This document shows positions 38,826 through 47,436 of a DNA stretch of 64,000 nt, piece after piece. The stretch is from a virus. The notes beneath the pieces were generated by a model that was not told the origin of the DNA, ran no database searches, and worked only from the letters and a program-made list of their open reading frames with translations. Where the stretch lies: positions 1-64,000 of the IMG/VR virus record IMGVR_UViG_3300043331_000919. The stretch is one strand, 5' to 3'. Numbering within the stretch: the first letter of the stretch is position 1; each line of letters starts with the position of its first letter. Made by a program: the position numbers and the translations under genes.

Positions 38826-38959
38826 TGGCCGAGTACTACGCCTACGACGAGACGACCCTCGCTCGTGCCGAGGTGCACGGGTGTCTGGACGAGGACGTGA
38901 GCACGGGCGACCCGGTGGTCTGCCGTGAGTGCGCCTACCCCGACGAGGTGCCCTGCTGA
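38825..38959 (+). CDS. Small hypothetical protein
   Basis: TGATG overlaps on both sides. Confidence 0.5.
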   Translation: MAEYYAYDETTLARAEVHGCLDEDVSTGDPVVCRECAYPDEVPC

Positions 38960-39333
38960 TGGCCAGGGTCACCCAGAAGGTCAAGCGCACGCTGGCGCAC
39001 ACCTCCAAGGCCACCGTGAAGATCTCGATGTCCGGGCTCTACAACCAGGTCCGGGAGAAGCACCACTTCCACTTCTGCTCCGATCGCGCCTGCCGGCTGA
39101 TCTACGAGGACAACTGCGCGGACCCCGAGCGCAACGGGCGTTGCCCGTCATGCCGCGGGACCACCCGCAACAACCTGCTGGTCCGAGACCCGCAGGAGTG
39201 CTGCCTGGACAACTGCGTCCAGATCACCGACCGCGACGTCCTGCTGGCACACAAGCTCGCCGGCCCGGGCCCGTGGTTCATCTGCAAGACCTGTGCCCGC
39301 TCGCACGGCTGGCCGTGCGTCACCACCACCTGA
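38959..39333 (+). CDS. Cys-rich zinc-finger protein
   Basis: Multiple CxxC motifs. Confidence 0.65.
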   Translation: MARVTQKVKRTLAHTSKATVKISMSGLYNQVREKHHFHFCSDRACRLIYEDNCADPERNGRCPSCRGTTRNNLLVRDPQECCLDNCVQITDRDVLLAHKLAGPGPWFICKTCARSHGWPCVTTT

Positions 39334-39343
39334 GAGGACCCTC

Positions 39344-39670
39344 ATGACCGACCGCATCCCCGCCTTCGAGGGGCACCCCGTCGACGGCACCGCCGTCAAG
39401 ATGTCGGGAGCCGCGCCGCTCGACGATCTCGACGGCGAGGTCATCAGCGTCGACGACGTCGTGCAGATGATCAGCCAGTTCCGCTGCGTCGGCGTGCACC
39501 ACCAGGTCGACAAGAACACCGGCAAGCTGATCCGCGTGCAGGTGCTCCGGCCCGTGCTGATGGCGCTGGTGCCGATCGACCCGAACGACCCGAACGACAC
39601 CGGCATCCGGCGCTCCATGCCGAAGTCGGTGCTCGGCTCGGTCGAGAGCAGCCGGGAGGACCAGTCGTGA
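39344..39670 (+). CDS. Hypothetical protein
   Basis: GAGG RBS; good codon usage. Confidence 0.6.
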   Translation: MTDRIPAFEGHPVDGTAVKMSGAAPLDDLDGEVISVDDVVQMISQFRCVGVHHQVDKNTGKLIRVQVLRPVLMALVPIDPNDPNDTGIRRSMPKSVLGSVESSREDQS

Positions 39671-39924
39671 GGCGCATCCTGATCTTCGAGGAGGAGCGGA
39701 TCGCGATCGACATCGAGGAGATCGCCAAGGTCGAGGCCGTCGAGCCCGGCGAGCGCCAGACCCTCAACCGCTTCGGTGACCGCGACCCGCAGGACGCGCA
39801 GACCCGGGTCACGACGAAGTCGTCCGGCTTCTTCTACACCTCCCTGCCCTTCGAGGAGGTCATGGAGCGGATCACCACGTTCCGCCCGGCCCCCCACCCT
39901 CTGAGCGGAGACACCCGTGGCTGA
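39667..39924 (+). CDS. Hypothetical protein
   Basis: GTGA overlap. Confidence 0.55.
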   Translation: MRRILIFEEERIAIDIEEIAKVEAVEPGERQTLNRFGDRDPQDAQTRVTTKSSGFFYTSLPFEEVMERITTFRPAPHPLSGDTRG

Positions 39925-40210
39925 CAACGCGCGTTACGAGATCCAGCAGATCATGTTCGAGCCCGCCGGCCAGGCGCTCCACATCTCCTACGTCTGCGTG
40001 CCCGACGACATCCGGGTGCAGGGCGCCGTGGTGATGCAGCGACAGGTGCGGCTCGCCGCCGGCCACCCCGACTACGCCGACGACATCGAGGGGCTGCACA
40101 GCCGCGTCGTTCGGATCCTTCGCTCGGCACTGGAGGACTTCGAGGCCTCGGAGCCGTTCGATCCGGACGAGGACGAGGACGAGGACGACGAGCGGGGAAT
40201 GGGGGAGTGA
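39917..40210 (+). CDS. Hypothetical acidic protein
   Basis: ORF in operon with an acidic tail. Confidence 0.6.
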   Translation: MADNARYEIQQIMFEPAGQALHISYVCVPDDIRVQGAVVMQRQVRLAAGHPDYADDIEGLHSRVVRILRSALEDFEASEPFDPDEDEDEDDERGMGE

Positions 40211-40494
40211 TGGCAGTCAGCGGGGGACTCATGCTTGGGCCGGAGTACGCGTGGCACGCGCAGGCCCGGTGCAGCCAGCGCAAGGAGAGCGCCAAGGCCA
40301 CCCAGGAGCACGCCGATCGCTTCTTCCCGAACGGGCGTCCGTCGTCCGCGCTGAAGAAGCTGATGTGCGGCACCTGCCCGGTCCGCGAGGAATGCCTCGC
40401 CTGGGCTATTGCGAATGACGCGCATGGCATTTGGGGCGGGATGACCGAGAAGGAGCGTGCCGCGATGCAGGGGAAGGACGAAGTACACCGATGA
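40207..40494 (+). CDS. whiB: WhiB family transcription factor (divergent)
   Basis: C...CGTCPVREEC...GIWGGMTEKER. Confidence 0.85.
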   Translation: MMAVSGGLMLGPEYAWHAQARCSQRKESAKATQEHADRFFPNGRPSSALKKLMCGTCPVREECLAWAIANDAHGIWGGMTEKERAAMQGKDEVHR

Positions 40495-40715
40495 CGACTG
40501 GCACCACTCGGGACGCCCAGGAGGCACCGATGACGATGGATGACGGCACCACGCTCCTCCTCCCGGAGGAGGCCGCCAGCTTGCTGCAGGTGCCCGTCTC
40601 CTGGCTCTACGCCGCAGCGCGCGAGGGCCGCTTTCCCTGCGTCCGCGTCGGCCGCTACGTGCGATTCCGCCGGGCCGACGTGGAGAACTACATCGCCGAA
40701 GGGGGCGCAGCATGA
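40491..40715 (+). CDS. Excisionase-like (HTH_17/MerR-type) DNA-binding protein
   Basis: LLLPEEAASLLQVPVSWLY...GRFPCVRVGRYVRFRRADVE. Confidence 0.8.
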   Translation: MTTGTTRDAQEAPMTMDDGTTLLLPEEAASLLQVPVSWLYAAAREGRFPCVRVGRYVRFRRADVENYIAEGGAA

Positions 40716-41020
40716 CCACTCGGAACGTCTTCACCATGTCCCGCACCGTCGGGGGGGCCGGCCGGGGCGGTGGTGCGCTGCCGTTCGAGCCGAGCTCGCC
40801 GGACTGGGAGGGCCGGGCGCTCTGCGCCCAGACCGACCCCGAGGGCTTCTACCCGGAGAAGGGTGGCTCGACGAAGGCGGCGAAGCAGGTCTGCCTGGGC
40901 TGCGAGGTCCGCGAGCAGTGCCTGCAGTACGCCCTGGCCAACGACGAGCGGTTCGGGATCTGGGGCGGCCTCTCGGAGCGCGAGAGGCGCAAGCTGAAGA
41001 AGGAGCGGGTGGAGTCATGA
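40712..41020 (+). CDS. whiB: WhiB family transcription factor (WhiB/WhiB2-like)
   Basis: ALCAQTDPEGFYPEKGGSTKAAKQVCLGCEVREQCLQYALANDERFGIWGGLSERERRKL. Confidence 0.92.
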   Translation: MTTRNVFTMSRTVGGAGRGGGALPFEPSSPDWEGRALCAQTDPEGFYPEKGGSTKAAKQVCLGCEVREQCLQYALANDERFGIWGGLSERERRKLKKERVES

Positions 41021-41268
41021 CCCACCGTCGGTTCGTCTTGCAGCGCGACCACGATGTGTCCGGCATCAGCGGGACGGGCGTGGTCGCCGAAGGTGTCGAG
41101 TTCTCCTCGGGCGTCGTCGCCTTGACCTGGCTGTCCGAGTGGCCCACGTCCGTCGTGTTCCACGATCGAGGCGTCGAGTCTGTTGAGGCCATCCACGGCC
41201 ACGGCGGCGCGACGCAGATCGTGTGGCTGGACGAGGAGGGTCAGCGCAGGAGAGAGGCCGGGCCGTGA
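41017..41268 (+). CDS. Hypothetical actinophage protein
   Basis: RFVLQRDHDVSGISGTGVVAEGVEF...HGHGG; ATGA overlap. Confidence 0.7.
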   Translation: MTHRRFVLQRDHDVSGISGTGVVAEGVEFSSGVVALTWLSEWPTSVVFHDRGVESVEAIHGHGGATQIVWLDEEGQRRREAGP

Positions 41269-41537
41269 TTCCCGGCTACCGGGTGCCGCTCGCGGGTCCG
41301 CCGCGGTGGCTGGTCGGCGAGACCATCGTCGTGATCGAGCTGCCAACGGGCGTTTACCGGGTGACCGATGACGCGGATGGCGCCACGGTCCACATCGACG
41401 CCGACGAGGTTCGACGCGCCGCATCCGGTGTGGCCAACCTGATCGCAGCGAAGCTCCACGAGGCACGCCGGACAGCGCCGGCCGACGAGCCTGAGCCTGA
41501 TGTCCGGCGCCTGCTGCAGAGGGAATGGGGTGCGTGA
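41265..41537 (+). CDS. Hypothetical protein
   Basis: GTGA overlap. Confidence 0.5.
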   Translation: MIPGYRVPLAGPPRWLVGETIVVIELPTGVYRVTDDADGATVHIDADEVRRAASGVANLIAAKLHEARRTAPADEPEPDVRRLLQREWGA

Positions 41538-41713
41538 TGGACGAGGATGAGCAGGGCTGGGTGGGCACGGTGCTGATCGAGCCGCTGAGCGTGGTCGCAG
41601 GGGCGGTGCTCGCCGGCGCACTGGTGACGTACGTGTGCTGGCGGGCGATGTGGGCGGGCTTCAACAAGCGCGACCTGGCCTACCAGGACGCGTGTCTGGC
41701 GGCCCGACGATGA
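41537..41713 (+). CDS. Small membrane protein
   Basis: One TM segment. Confidence 0.5.
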   Translation: MDEDEQGWVGTVLIEPLSVVAGAVLAGALVTYVCWRAMWAGFNKRDLAYQDACLAARR

Positions 41714-42090
41714 GCACCGAGCATCACGACATCGTGCTCGCGATCGACGCGCAGGGCATGGTGCACGCGAAGGCGGTGTGCACGGCCCCGCCGGAGGCGC
41801 AGTGCCGATGGGAGTCGAAGTGCGACTGCGAGGTCTACTACCACCTCGCGGTCGACGAGCACGGGCCGTTCCACGTCGCTGAGGGTCCGCCGCCGATCCG
41901 GGACCGCGTCGAGCTGGAGGACTGGCTGGAGGCGAAGCACCGCATGGCGTACGGCGGCGAGTGCCGGGTGGTCGCGTGGATCAACGCTGAGGACGCGCTG
42001 GAGGTCTACGACGGCGACGCCCGGGAGCTGTTCCGGCAGAAGATCGAGACCGCCTGGAACGGCGACTGCTACGTCTGGAAGGCGGCGTGA
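41710..42090 (+). CDS. Hypothetical protein with internal WLD tag (DRVELEDWLEA)
   Basis: ATGA overlap. Confidence 0.6.
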   Translation: MSTEHHDIVLAIDAQGMVHAKAVCTAPPEAQCRWESKCDCEVYYHLAVDEHGPFHVAEGPPPIRDRVELEDWLEAKHRMAYGGECRVVAWINAEDALEVYDGDARELFRQKIETAWNGDCYVWKAA

Positions 42091-42284
42091 TGGACGAGCT
42101 GTTCGAGGTGGAGCCGGTGGAGCCGCTCCGCGAGGGCGATCGAGTGTGGGCCCGGACGATCTCCGGCGACCGGCTGGCAACGTTCGTTGGCCACGCGGAC
42201 GATCATGGCTGGCCCCTGGGCGAGGTGGAGTTCGCCAGTGGGGAACGCGCGTTGCTGAACATCTGCAGCATCCGGAGGCGCTAG
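42087..42284 (+). CDS. Small SH3/KOW-like protein
   Basis: LREGDRVWAR... pattern; last rightward gene. Confidence 0.5.
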   Translation: MMDELFEVEPVEPLREGDRVWARTISGDRLATFVGHADDHGWPLGEVEFASGERALLNICSIRRR

Positions 42285-42309
42285 ACTCCTCGCGGCGAAA
42301 GCCACCGAC

Positions 42310-42356
42310 ACGGAAGCCCTGCTCCTCACACCGCTGCGGGGGGCAGGGCTTCTGTC
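42310..42356. terminator. Terminator hairpin at the convergence of the rightward and leftward arms
   Basis: GAAGCCCTGCTCC / GGGGCAGGGCTTC stem between convergent operons. Confidence 0.6.
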
Positions 42357-42661
42357 TTTGCGGCGTGGTAGTCGCGCTTCTTGCGCTCGCGGTCGCGCTT
42401 GCGCCGGCACTTCAGGCAGAACCGTCCGCCGCGCGACGGTGCCGGCCGCCCCCACTCGGCCATGTCGTGCCCTTGGGCGCACTCGTCCTTCGGCGCCGGG
42501 CCGCGCCGCCCGGGCGTGGGAACATGGAGGCCCTCGCGGGTCAGGTGGTTGTAGATCGTGCCGCGGGGGATCCCGGTCTGGCGGGAGATCGCGAGCACGC
42601 TGACACCGTCCTCGAACTGCTGCTCGACCCACGCCCAGAGGACGTCACCCTCGGTGATCAC
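42326..42661 (-). CDS. HTH DNA-binding protein with C-terminal Zn-binding motif
   Basis: GVSVLAISRQTGIPRGTIYNHL HTH; ECAQGH...FCLKC. Confidence 0.7.
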   Translation of the reverse strand: MITEGDVLWAWVEQQFEDGVSVLAISRQTGIPRGTIYNHLTREGLHVPTPGRRGPAPKDECAQGHDMAEWGRPAPSRGGRFCLKCRRKRDRERKKRDYHAAKTEALPPAAV

Positions 42662-43035
42662 CGCGAGCCTCCCGTCAGGACGTGGGCGTGCTGCCGGAGC
42701 CATGCCATGAGGGCACGCTGCTCGGCGGCAACGGCGTCGGCGTTGGCCCGGAGGATCGCCTCCCGGTCGCGGCCCGCGGCGTTGCGGGCGGCGCGCTCGG
42801 CCGTGCGTGCGTGGTAGCGGTCGGCCTGCTCCTTGGCCCATGCCTTCTGGTATCGGCTGTTGTGGGGCCGCTTGGTGGGCGTGCCCGCCCGGTCCATGAG
42901 CGCGAGGATGCCCGGGGTCAGCCAGTCGTGCCGGACTCGGGGGCTGCCGTCCCAGTCCTTCGGCCACAGGTAGGTGCACCCCTTCCCCTTGCGGGCTTGG
43001 CAGTCCGGGCAGGAGACGGTCAGCGGGTCAGTCAC
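42658..43035 (-). CDS. Zinc-finger hypothetical protein
   Basis: CPDCQARKGKGC...PH; GTGA overlap. Confidence 0.55.
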   Translation of the reverse strand: MTDPLTVSCPDCQARKGKGCTYLWPKDWDGSPRVRHDWLTPGILALMDRAGTPTKRPHNSRYQKAWAKEQADRYHARTAERAARNAAGRDREAILRANADAVAAEQRALMAWLRQHAHVLTGGSR

Positions 43036-43293
43036 CTGCCCTCCTCCCAGCACGGTCGGACGTCCGGCCAGTAGATGGTCACGTCGGCGTCGAGCGGGAA
43101 CAGCGGGCGCGTAGTCCACACGTCCTTCACGAGGGCCATCCGTCAGGCTCTGCGTCGTAGCGCGACCCGGACCGGACCGGCGGTGACGGCGAGTAGAGGA
43201 CGGCCTTCTTGCAGCGGCGGCACAAGTTGAGTTGCCAGCCTCGGAGGACGACGCAGCACCAGGCGCAGCGGCGACGGAAGCCGAACCGGGCAC

Positions 43294-43587
43294 TCATGAC
43301 TCCAGCCACTCGTCGAGCGCCTCGGCGTCGCTGAAGTCCGGCACGAGCTCGCCGGCGAGCACGGTGGACTGTGGGAAGGGAATGGGATCACTCCCGCTCC
43401 CGTCGGACATCCAGTAGTTGCCCTGGCGCGACCGGGGCGCCTCGGCGATGGTCAGCATGCGCTGATGTCTGCCGTCGTCCAGCAACACTCGTTGGCCGAC
43501 CGGGAGCGGCCGGAACTCCAGGTCCGGGTCGTAGGAGTCGGGGAAGTCCTGTGCCTCGTCGTAGTACCCCCTCACGAATCCAGCCAC
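43294..43587 (-). CDS. Small protein with C-terminal WLD tag (DFSDAEALDEWLES)
   Basis: ORF track; SH3-like LPVGQRVLL. Confidence 0.6.
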   Translation of the reverse strand: MAGFVRGYYDEAQDFPDSYDPDLEFRPLPVGQRVLLDDGRHQRMLTIAEAPRSRQGNYWMSDGSGSDPIPFPQSTVLAGELVPDFSDAEALDEWLES

Positions 43588-43829
43588 CTCTCCAGGTCGT
43601 CACGGTTGGCCATGTCCACTCTCCTCACCTTGCTCTCGTGTACGTCGTAGCGCACGAACCCTTCGTCCTCGCAGTCGACGTCGTAGAGCATCCCCTCCGG
43701 CGTGGAGGAGCGCCCCACGATGCGCCCGCTGGCCACGAAGTCTCCGAGGGCGAGCTCGATGAGAACGTGCGTTCCCTTCTCCAGTGCACCCTCGCTCAGC
43801 GGCTGCCACGGCTCCATCTCGTCGCCCAT
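43572..43829 (-). CDS. Small SH3-like protein with C-terminal WLD tag (DMANRDDLERWLDS)
   Basis: TGATG overlap start. Confidence 0.65.
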   Translation of the reverse strand: MGDEMEPWQPLSEGALEKGTHVLIELALGDFVASGRIVGRSSTPEGMLYDVDCEDEGFVRYDVHESKVRRVDMANRDDLERWLDS

Positions 43830-44461
43830 CAGAACGGCAGATCCTGAATCGGGATGCGACCCTGCGTGCGCTGGCTGAGCTCGCCGTCCTCGTCCTCCAG
43901 CCACTCCTCGAACGCGGCCCGGGCGTCCTCGCGCTCATAGCCCTTGCGCACCCACGGCATCCGCAGAAACGTCCGGCCGCGGGCGAGACTGGCGTCGGCG
44001 TACCCCTGCTCGATCAGGCCCACCTCGGCGCACACCGTGATGAACTTCTCCCACTGCTCATGGCTGAGCTGGTGGTCGACGATCAGGTGGTGGTGGTCCG
44101 CCGTGGTCGACGGGAGCAGCACCGCGGGAAAGTCCAGGTCGAGTGCGATGACGTGGTAGTCGTCGCCACAGCCGTCTGGGCCCGAGAGCCGTGACCCGAG
44201 CACCTCGGCCTGAGCAACGGACGTTGTCGGCTTCCGCACCTCGGCCTCGACCCGCTCGGGCATGAGGCCATCGCTGTCGCGCTCGCCCTCCCAGTCGATG
44301 CCGTGGAACAGCTCGACCTGACGGACGAGGAGGTACGACAGCCAGGCCGGCGCCTCCATCAGGAACGAGCGCAGGGTACGGGTCCGGCTCCGGTCGGCGT
44401 TCTGTTGCCGGTGCTGCCCCTCGCCGGTCCAGTCGTCGAGCAACTCCTTCAGGCTCCTCAC
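43829..44461 (-). CDS. Hypothetical protein (near-terminal AAFEEWLED; C-terminal DLPF)
   Basis: GTGA overlap; HVIALDLD...LLPSTT..HHHL. Confidence 0.65.
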   Translation of the reverse strand: MRSLKELLDDWTGEGQHRQQNADRSRTRTLRSFLMEAPAWLSYLLVRQVELFHGIDWEGERDSDGLMPERVEAEVRKPTTSVAQAEVLGSRLSGPDGCGDDYHVIALDLDFPAVLLPSTTADHHHLIVDHQLSHEQWEKFITVCAEVGLIEQGYADASLARGRTFLRMPWVRKGYEREDARAAFEEWLEDEDGELSQRTQGRIPIQDLPF

Positions 44462-45021
44462 AGCGGCTTCCCCTGCGGGTCGAAGGTGGGCCGGTCGACG
44501 ATCTCGGTCAGCTCGCGCTCCCAGTCGACGACGCTGCCCGGCTCTCGGACGACCTGGTAGCCCCAGACGTGCGGGCACTGGGAGATCCAGGCGTCGAACC
44601 AGACCCGGCTCTGCGTGGCCAGGGTGATCGACAACGTCGTGCCGCGGTGGATCTCGGCGAGCCGCGAGAGCTCCTCGGCCACCTGATCCGCGGCCAGCTG
44701 CGCGGCGCCCCACTCCAGGTCGCCCCCGAGGGGTGCCGAGGGCATCCCGAAGATGTTGCCCTGAACGGGCGTTGTCGGCATGTTGAGGATGACCTCGAAC
44801 AGGTAGGTCGACTGCAGCTCGACGATGCCGGTGACGACGTCGCCGGAGAGGGCGAGCAGGTCACCGGGGGCGAGCGGCAGGTCGCTGGCGAACGAGATCA
44901 GTCGGCCGACGCCGGCCCGAACCGGCTCGATGTCGACGTTGACGCCGGCCACCCCGAGGGCCGCGGCGACGACGTTGCCGGGGGCGTAGGGGATCAGGGC
45001 GCGCATGGTGGTCTTCTTCAT
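44458..45021 (-). CDS. Hypothetical protein
   Basis: TGATG overlap start (MKKTTMRA...). Confidence 0.6.
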   Translation of the reverse strand: MKKTTMRALIPYAPGNVVAAALGVAGVNVDIEPVRAGVGRLISFASDLPLAPGDLLALSGDVVTGIVELQSTYLFEVILNMPTTPVQGNIFGMPSAPLGGDLEWGAAQLAADQVAEELSRLAEIHRGTTLSITLATQSRVWFDAWISQCPHVWGYQVVREPGSVVDWERELTEIVDRPTFDPQGKPL

Positions 45022-45269
45022 CAGATCTCGATTCCCGAGCGTCGGAGTTTGGCGATGGCGTTGCGGTCCCCACGCCAGTCGGAGGGCGTGCGCGCGAAGG
45101 TCACCGGGGTGAGCCGGTCTCCCTGCCCGTCGCGCCGGCCCCGCGGGGGCGTGAGTCGCGGATGGTTCTTCGCGGTCTGGTCGAGCGTCCAACCCGCCTC
45201 CAGGGCGGCGTCGATGGCCTGCTCGCGAGTGGGCCGGGTGATCCGTCGCTGCACGGTCGCCGCCCCCAT
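45021..45269 (-). CDS. HicA-like toxin
   Basis: AGWTLDQTAKNHPRL...VTFARTPSDWRGDRNAIAKLRRSG pattern of actinophage HicA-like proteins. Confidence 0.65.
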   Translation of the reverse strand: MGAATVQRRITRPTREQAIDAALEAGWTLDQTAKNHPRLTPPRGRRDGQGDRLTPVTFARTPSDWRGDRNAIAKLRRSGIEI

Positions 45270-45712
45270 CAGGTGTGGACCCGCTGCTGCCGGGGCCCGA
45301 TCTTGCAGTCCGGGTCACCCGGGAACGTCCCGGTGTCGTCCGGCCAGACCAGCTGCAGCGCGGTGATCACCCCGAAGGTGCCGACCGCGGCCACCATGTC
45401 GGCACGCCACGGGTCGATCGCGATCGGGAAGCCCGGCACGCCAGCGTCGAAGGCATCCGGCACCGGCCGGCCATGCTCGAACGGGCGTTGGGTGTCGAGC
45501 TCGACCAGGTGGCGCAGCAGATCCTCGGCGTGCTCGGGCGAGAACGGGCCGCTGATCAGCAGCTCCGGCCGGCCGTGCATGGTCCGCCCCACGGTGTAGG
45601 CGTACGCGACGCCCAGGTGGTCGTGGCCGAAGTGCACGCCGTAGCCGTGGTCGAGGATCAGCTGCTGGAACAACTCCCGCAGCTCCTCCAGCGACTTCTT
45701 CGGGTCAGTCAC
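45269..45712 (-). CDS. DUF4262 domain protein
   Basis: AYTVGRT..GRPELLISG...ALQLVWPD..G.FP. Confidence 0.75.
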   Translation of the reverse strand: MTDPKKSLEELRELFQQLILDHGYGVHFGHDHLGVAYAYTVGRTMHGRPELLISGPFSPEHAEDLLRHLVELDTQRPFEHGRPVPDAFDAGVPGFPIAIDPWRADMVAAVGTFGVITALQLVWPDDTGTFPGDPDCKIGPRQQRVHT

Positions 45713-46085
45713 GCGGGACTCCTTCCGTTACGAGGTCAACGAGGCGTCGACCGCATCGTTCCCCGGGGTCGACCGCGGGGCCGTAGTCGTCGTTGAACTC
45801 GCCGCGATCGCCGTCGCTGGCCCGGGCGGACCAGGAGACGCAGCAACGAGGGCAGGCGAAGGAGTCGCCGTCACCCTCGACCTCTTGCCGACAGCCGGTG
45901 CAGACCGGGTACGTGAACTCGATCTGAGGTGGCTCGGTCTTGCCGTTGAGCTCGCGGCGACGCTTCGAGCAGTGGCAGAGGCTCGACCGCTCGCGCTGCT
46001 CGCAGTCGTCGTCGTGCAGCCCGCGTGCGAGCGCGTCGGCGTAGCGATCCAGGTGCTGCGCGTTCCAGCTGACGAGGTCGACCAT
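45705..46085 (-). CDS. Cys-rich hypothetical protein
   Basis: Several CxxC motifs. Confidence 0.6.
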   Translation of the reverse strand: MVDLVSWNAQHLDRYADALARGLHDDDCEQRERSSLCHCSKRRRELNGKTEPPQIEFTYPVCTGCRQEVEGDGDSFACPRCCVSWSARASDGDRGEFNDDYGPAVDPGERCGRRLVDLVTEGVPRD

Positions 46086-46480
46086 CAGTCGCGCACCTCC
46101 CCGCGGGGCGGGCCGGCGATGACCTCGCCGAGCCGGTACGGAATCATCGCGTCGTCGTAGAGCGGGTTCTCCGGATCGTCGGGTCGGTCGAGCTGAGTGG
46201 CGGCGCTGATGCGGAGGACGTGTGCGGCGGAGAGCGCGAGGTGCCGGCGGGACGTGGCCGCGGGCTTGACGACGAGCACGTCGGTGACCAGTCCGCCGGG
46301 CGCGAAGGCGACGCCAACGAGCCGGGCAAGGATAGAGGTGGCGCCCTCGACCTTCCGGTCGTGGCCGTACTCGATGAGCACGGGATGGCCGTGGGAGCTG
46401 GCGACGACAGCCTCCAGCATGCCGCGACGCTCCTTGACGGGAAGGCGGGCGATGAGTCGGTCGTGCATGGCCTTACCCAT
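46085..46480 (-). CDS. Hypothetical protein
   Basis: GGAGGTG RBS. Confidence 0.6.
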   Translation of the reverse strand: MGKAMHDRLIARLPVKERRGMLEAVVASSHGHPVLIEYGHDRKVEGATSILARLVGVAFAPGGLVTDVLVVKPAATSRRHLALSAAHVLRISAATQLDRPDDPENPLYDDAMIPYRLGEVIAGPPRGEVRD

Positions 46481-46838
46481 CGTGCACCTCCCCGCGCGGC
46501 GCGGTGCCGCCGCCCGCGATCGGGTAGTGCTCGAACGGGTCGCCCAAGAAGGCGTCGGTGCAGTCGGGGCAACGCACGTCCTCCTTGCGGCCGTGACGCT
46601 CCTCGCTGACCAGGCGTCGGTTCTTGCAGGTTGCGCAGTCGCCGTACCGGATGGCCGCGGTGACGTCGCGCAGGTTGGCGAAGGCGTGGTTGATCACCGC
46701 CCGGGCGAAGTCGGCCTGCTCGCGCGGCGGGATCTTCCCGGTGAACACCCGCTCGCCAGTCGTGGCGTCTGAGGCGTTGATCAGGAGGTTGCGATCGGGA
46801 TCATGGTCGACCCCGAAGATCAGGTTCTGCTTGCCCAT
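46473..46838 (-). CDS. Hypothetical protein with zinc finger
   Basis: CATC...CPDC; GGAGG RBS. Confidence 0.6.
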   Translation of the reverse strand: MGKQNLIFGVDHDPDRNLLINASDATTGERVFTGKIPPREQADFARAVINHAFANLRDVTAAIRYGDCATCKNRRLVSEERHGRKEDVRCPDCTDAFLGDPFEHYPIAGGGTAPRGEVHDG

Positions 46839-46862
46839 TGACGGGCCTCCTACGGTAGATGG

Positions 46863-47204
46863 GTGAGCACTGCTGAGTTGGAGCTGGAACGCCTCGGGCT
46901 GGTCCCAACGGACGTTCGGGACTACGTGCTGGAGCGGGATCACTCCTGCTGTCGCGTCTGCGGTCGCTACGTCGAGGAGCCAGCCCTCCACCACGTCGTC
47001 TTCAGGAGCCAGGGCGGCCTGGACGTGCCCAGCAACCTGATCACCATCGGCTGGGTGCCGTGGCACGACTGCCACCTCCCCATCGCCCATGGTCCCGAGT
47101 CCCGGACGTGGCGGGAGATCTTCCTCGCCATCGCCGACCGGCCCGGCATCACGGCTCTTCAGGCTCGTCGGTGGCAAGCCACGCCTCCACCGACTCTCGG
47201 CTGA
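46863..47204 (+). CDS. HNH endonuclease
   Basis: VLERDHSCCRVC...LHHVVFRSQGG...NLIT...CH...H. Confidence 0.8.
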   Translation: MSTAELELERLGLVPTDVRDYVLERDHSCCRVCGRYVEEPALHHVVFRSQGGLDVPSNLITIGWVPWHDCHLPIAHGPESRTWREIFLAIADRPGITALQARRWQATPPPTLG

Positions 47205-47436
47205 GCTCGGCCGGCGGCGCGTCCACTCGCTCCAGGCAGTCCGCGTCGAGCACGATCCCCTTGGAGCCCGAGTCGTCGGGGGCCTTCACGAACAGCAGGG
47301 TGACGACCCCGTCCTCGCGCAGCTCAGGCACCTCGGCGCGGGCGAGCACCACCTCGCCGACGTCCCACCAGCAGTTGCGGTGGGCGCCGTACAGCGTGGG
47401 CGACTTCACGACGCGGTAGCGCAGCCAGGCGCTCAC
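47149..47436 (-). CDS. Small protein with C-terminal WLD tag (ELSRESVEAWLAT)
   Basis: GTGA overlap with the ruvB stop. Confidence 0.6.
   Translation of the reverse strand: MSAWLRYRVVKSPTLYGAHRNCWWDVGEVVLARAEVPELREDGVVTLLFVKAPDDSGSKGIVLDADCLERVDAPPAELSRESVEAWLATDEPEEP

Noticed and set aside
40491-40715. Excisionase implying an integration module or prophage boundary
   Set aside because: No integrase or host genes in the window; such HTH proteins are common phage regulators, so lifestyle cannot be determined here.
46863-47204. Antisense HNH as a homing endonuclease or intron
   Set aside because: Short stand-alone HNH that does not interrupt a gene; no intron structure seen.
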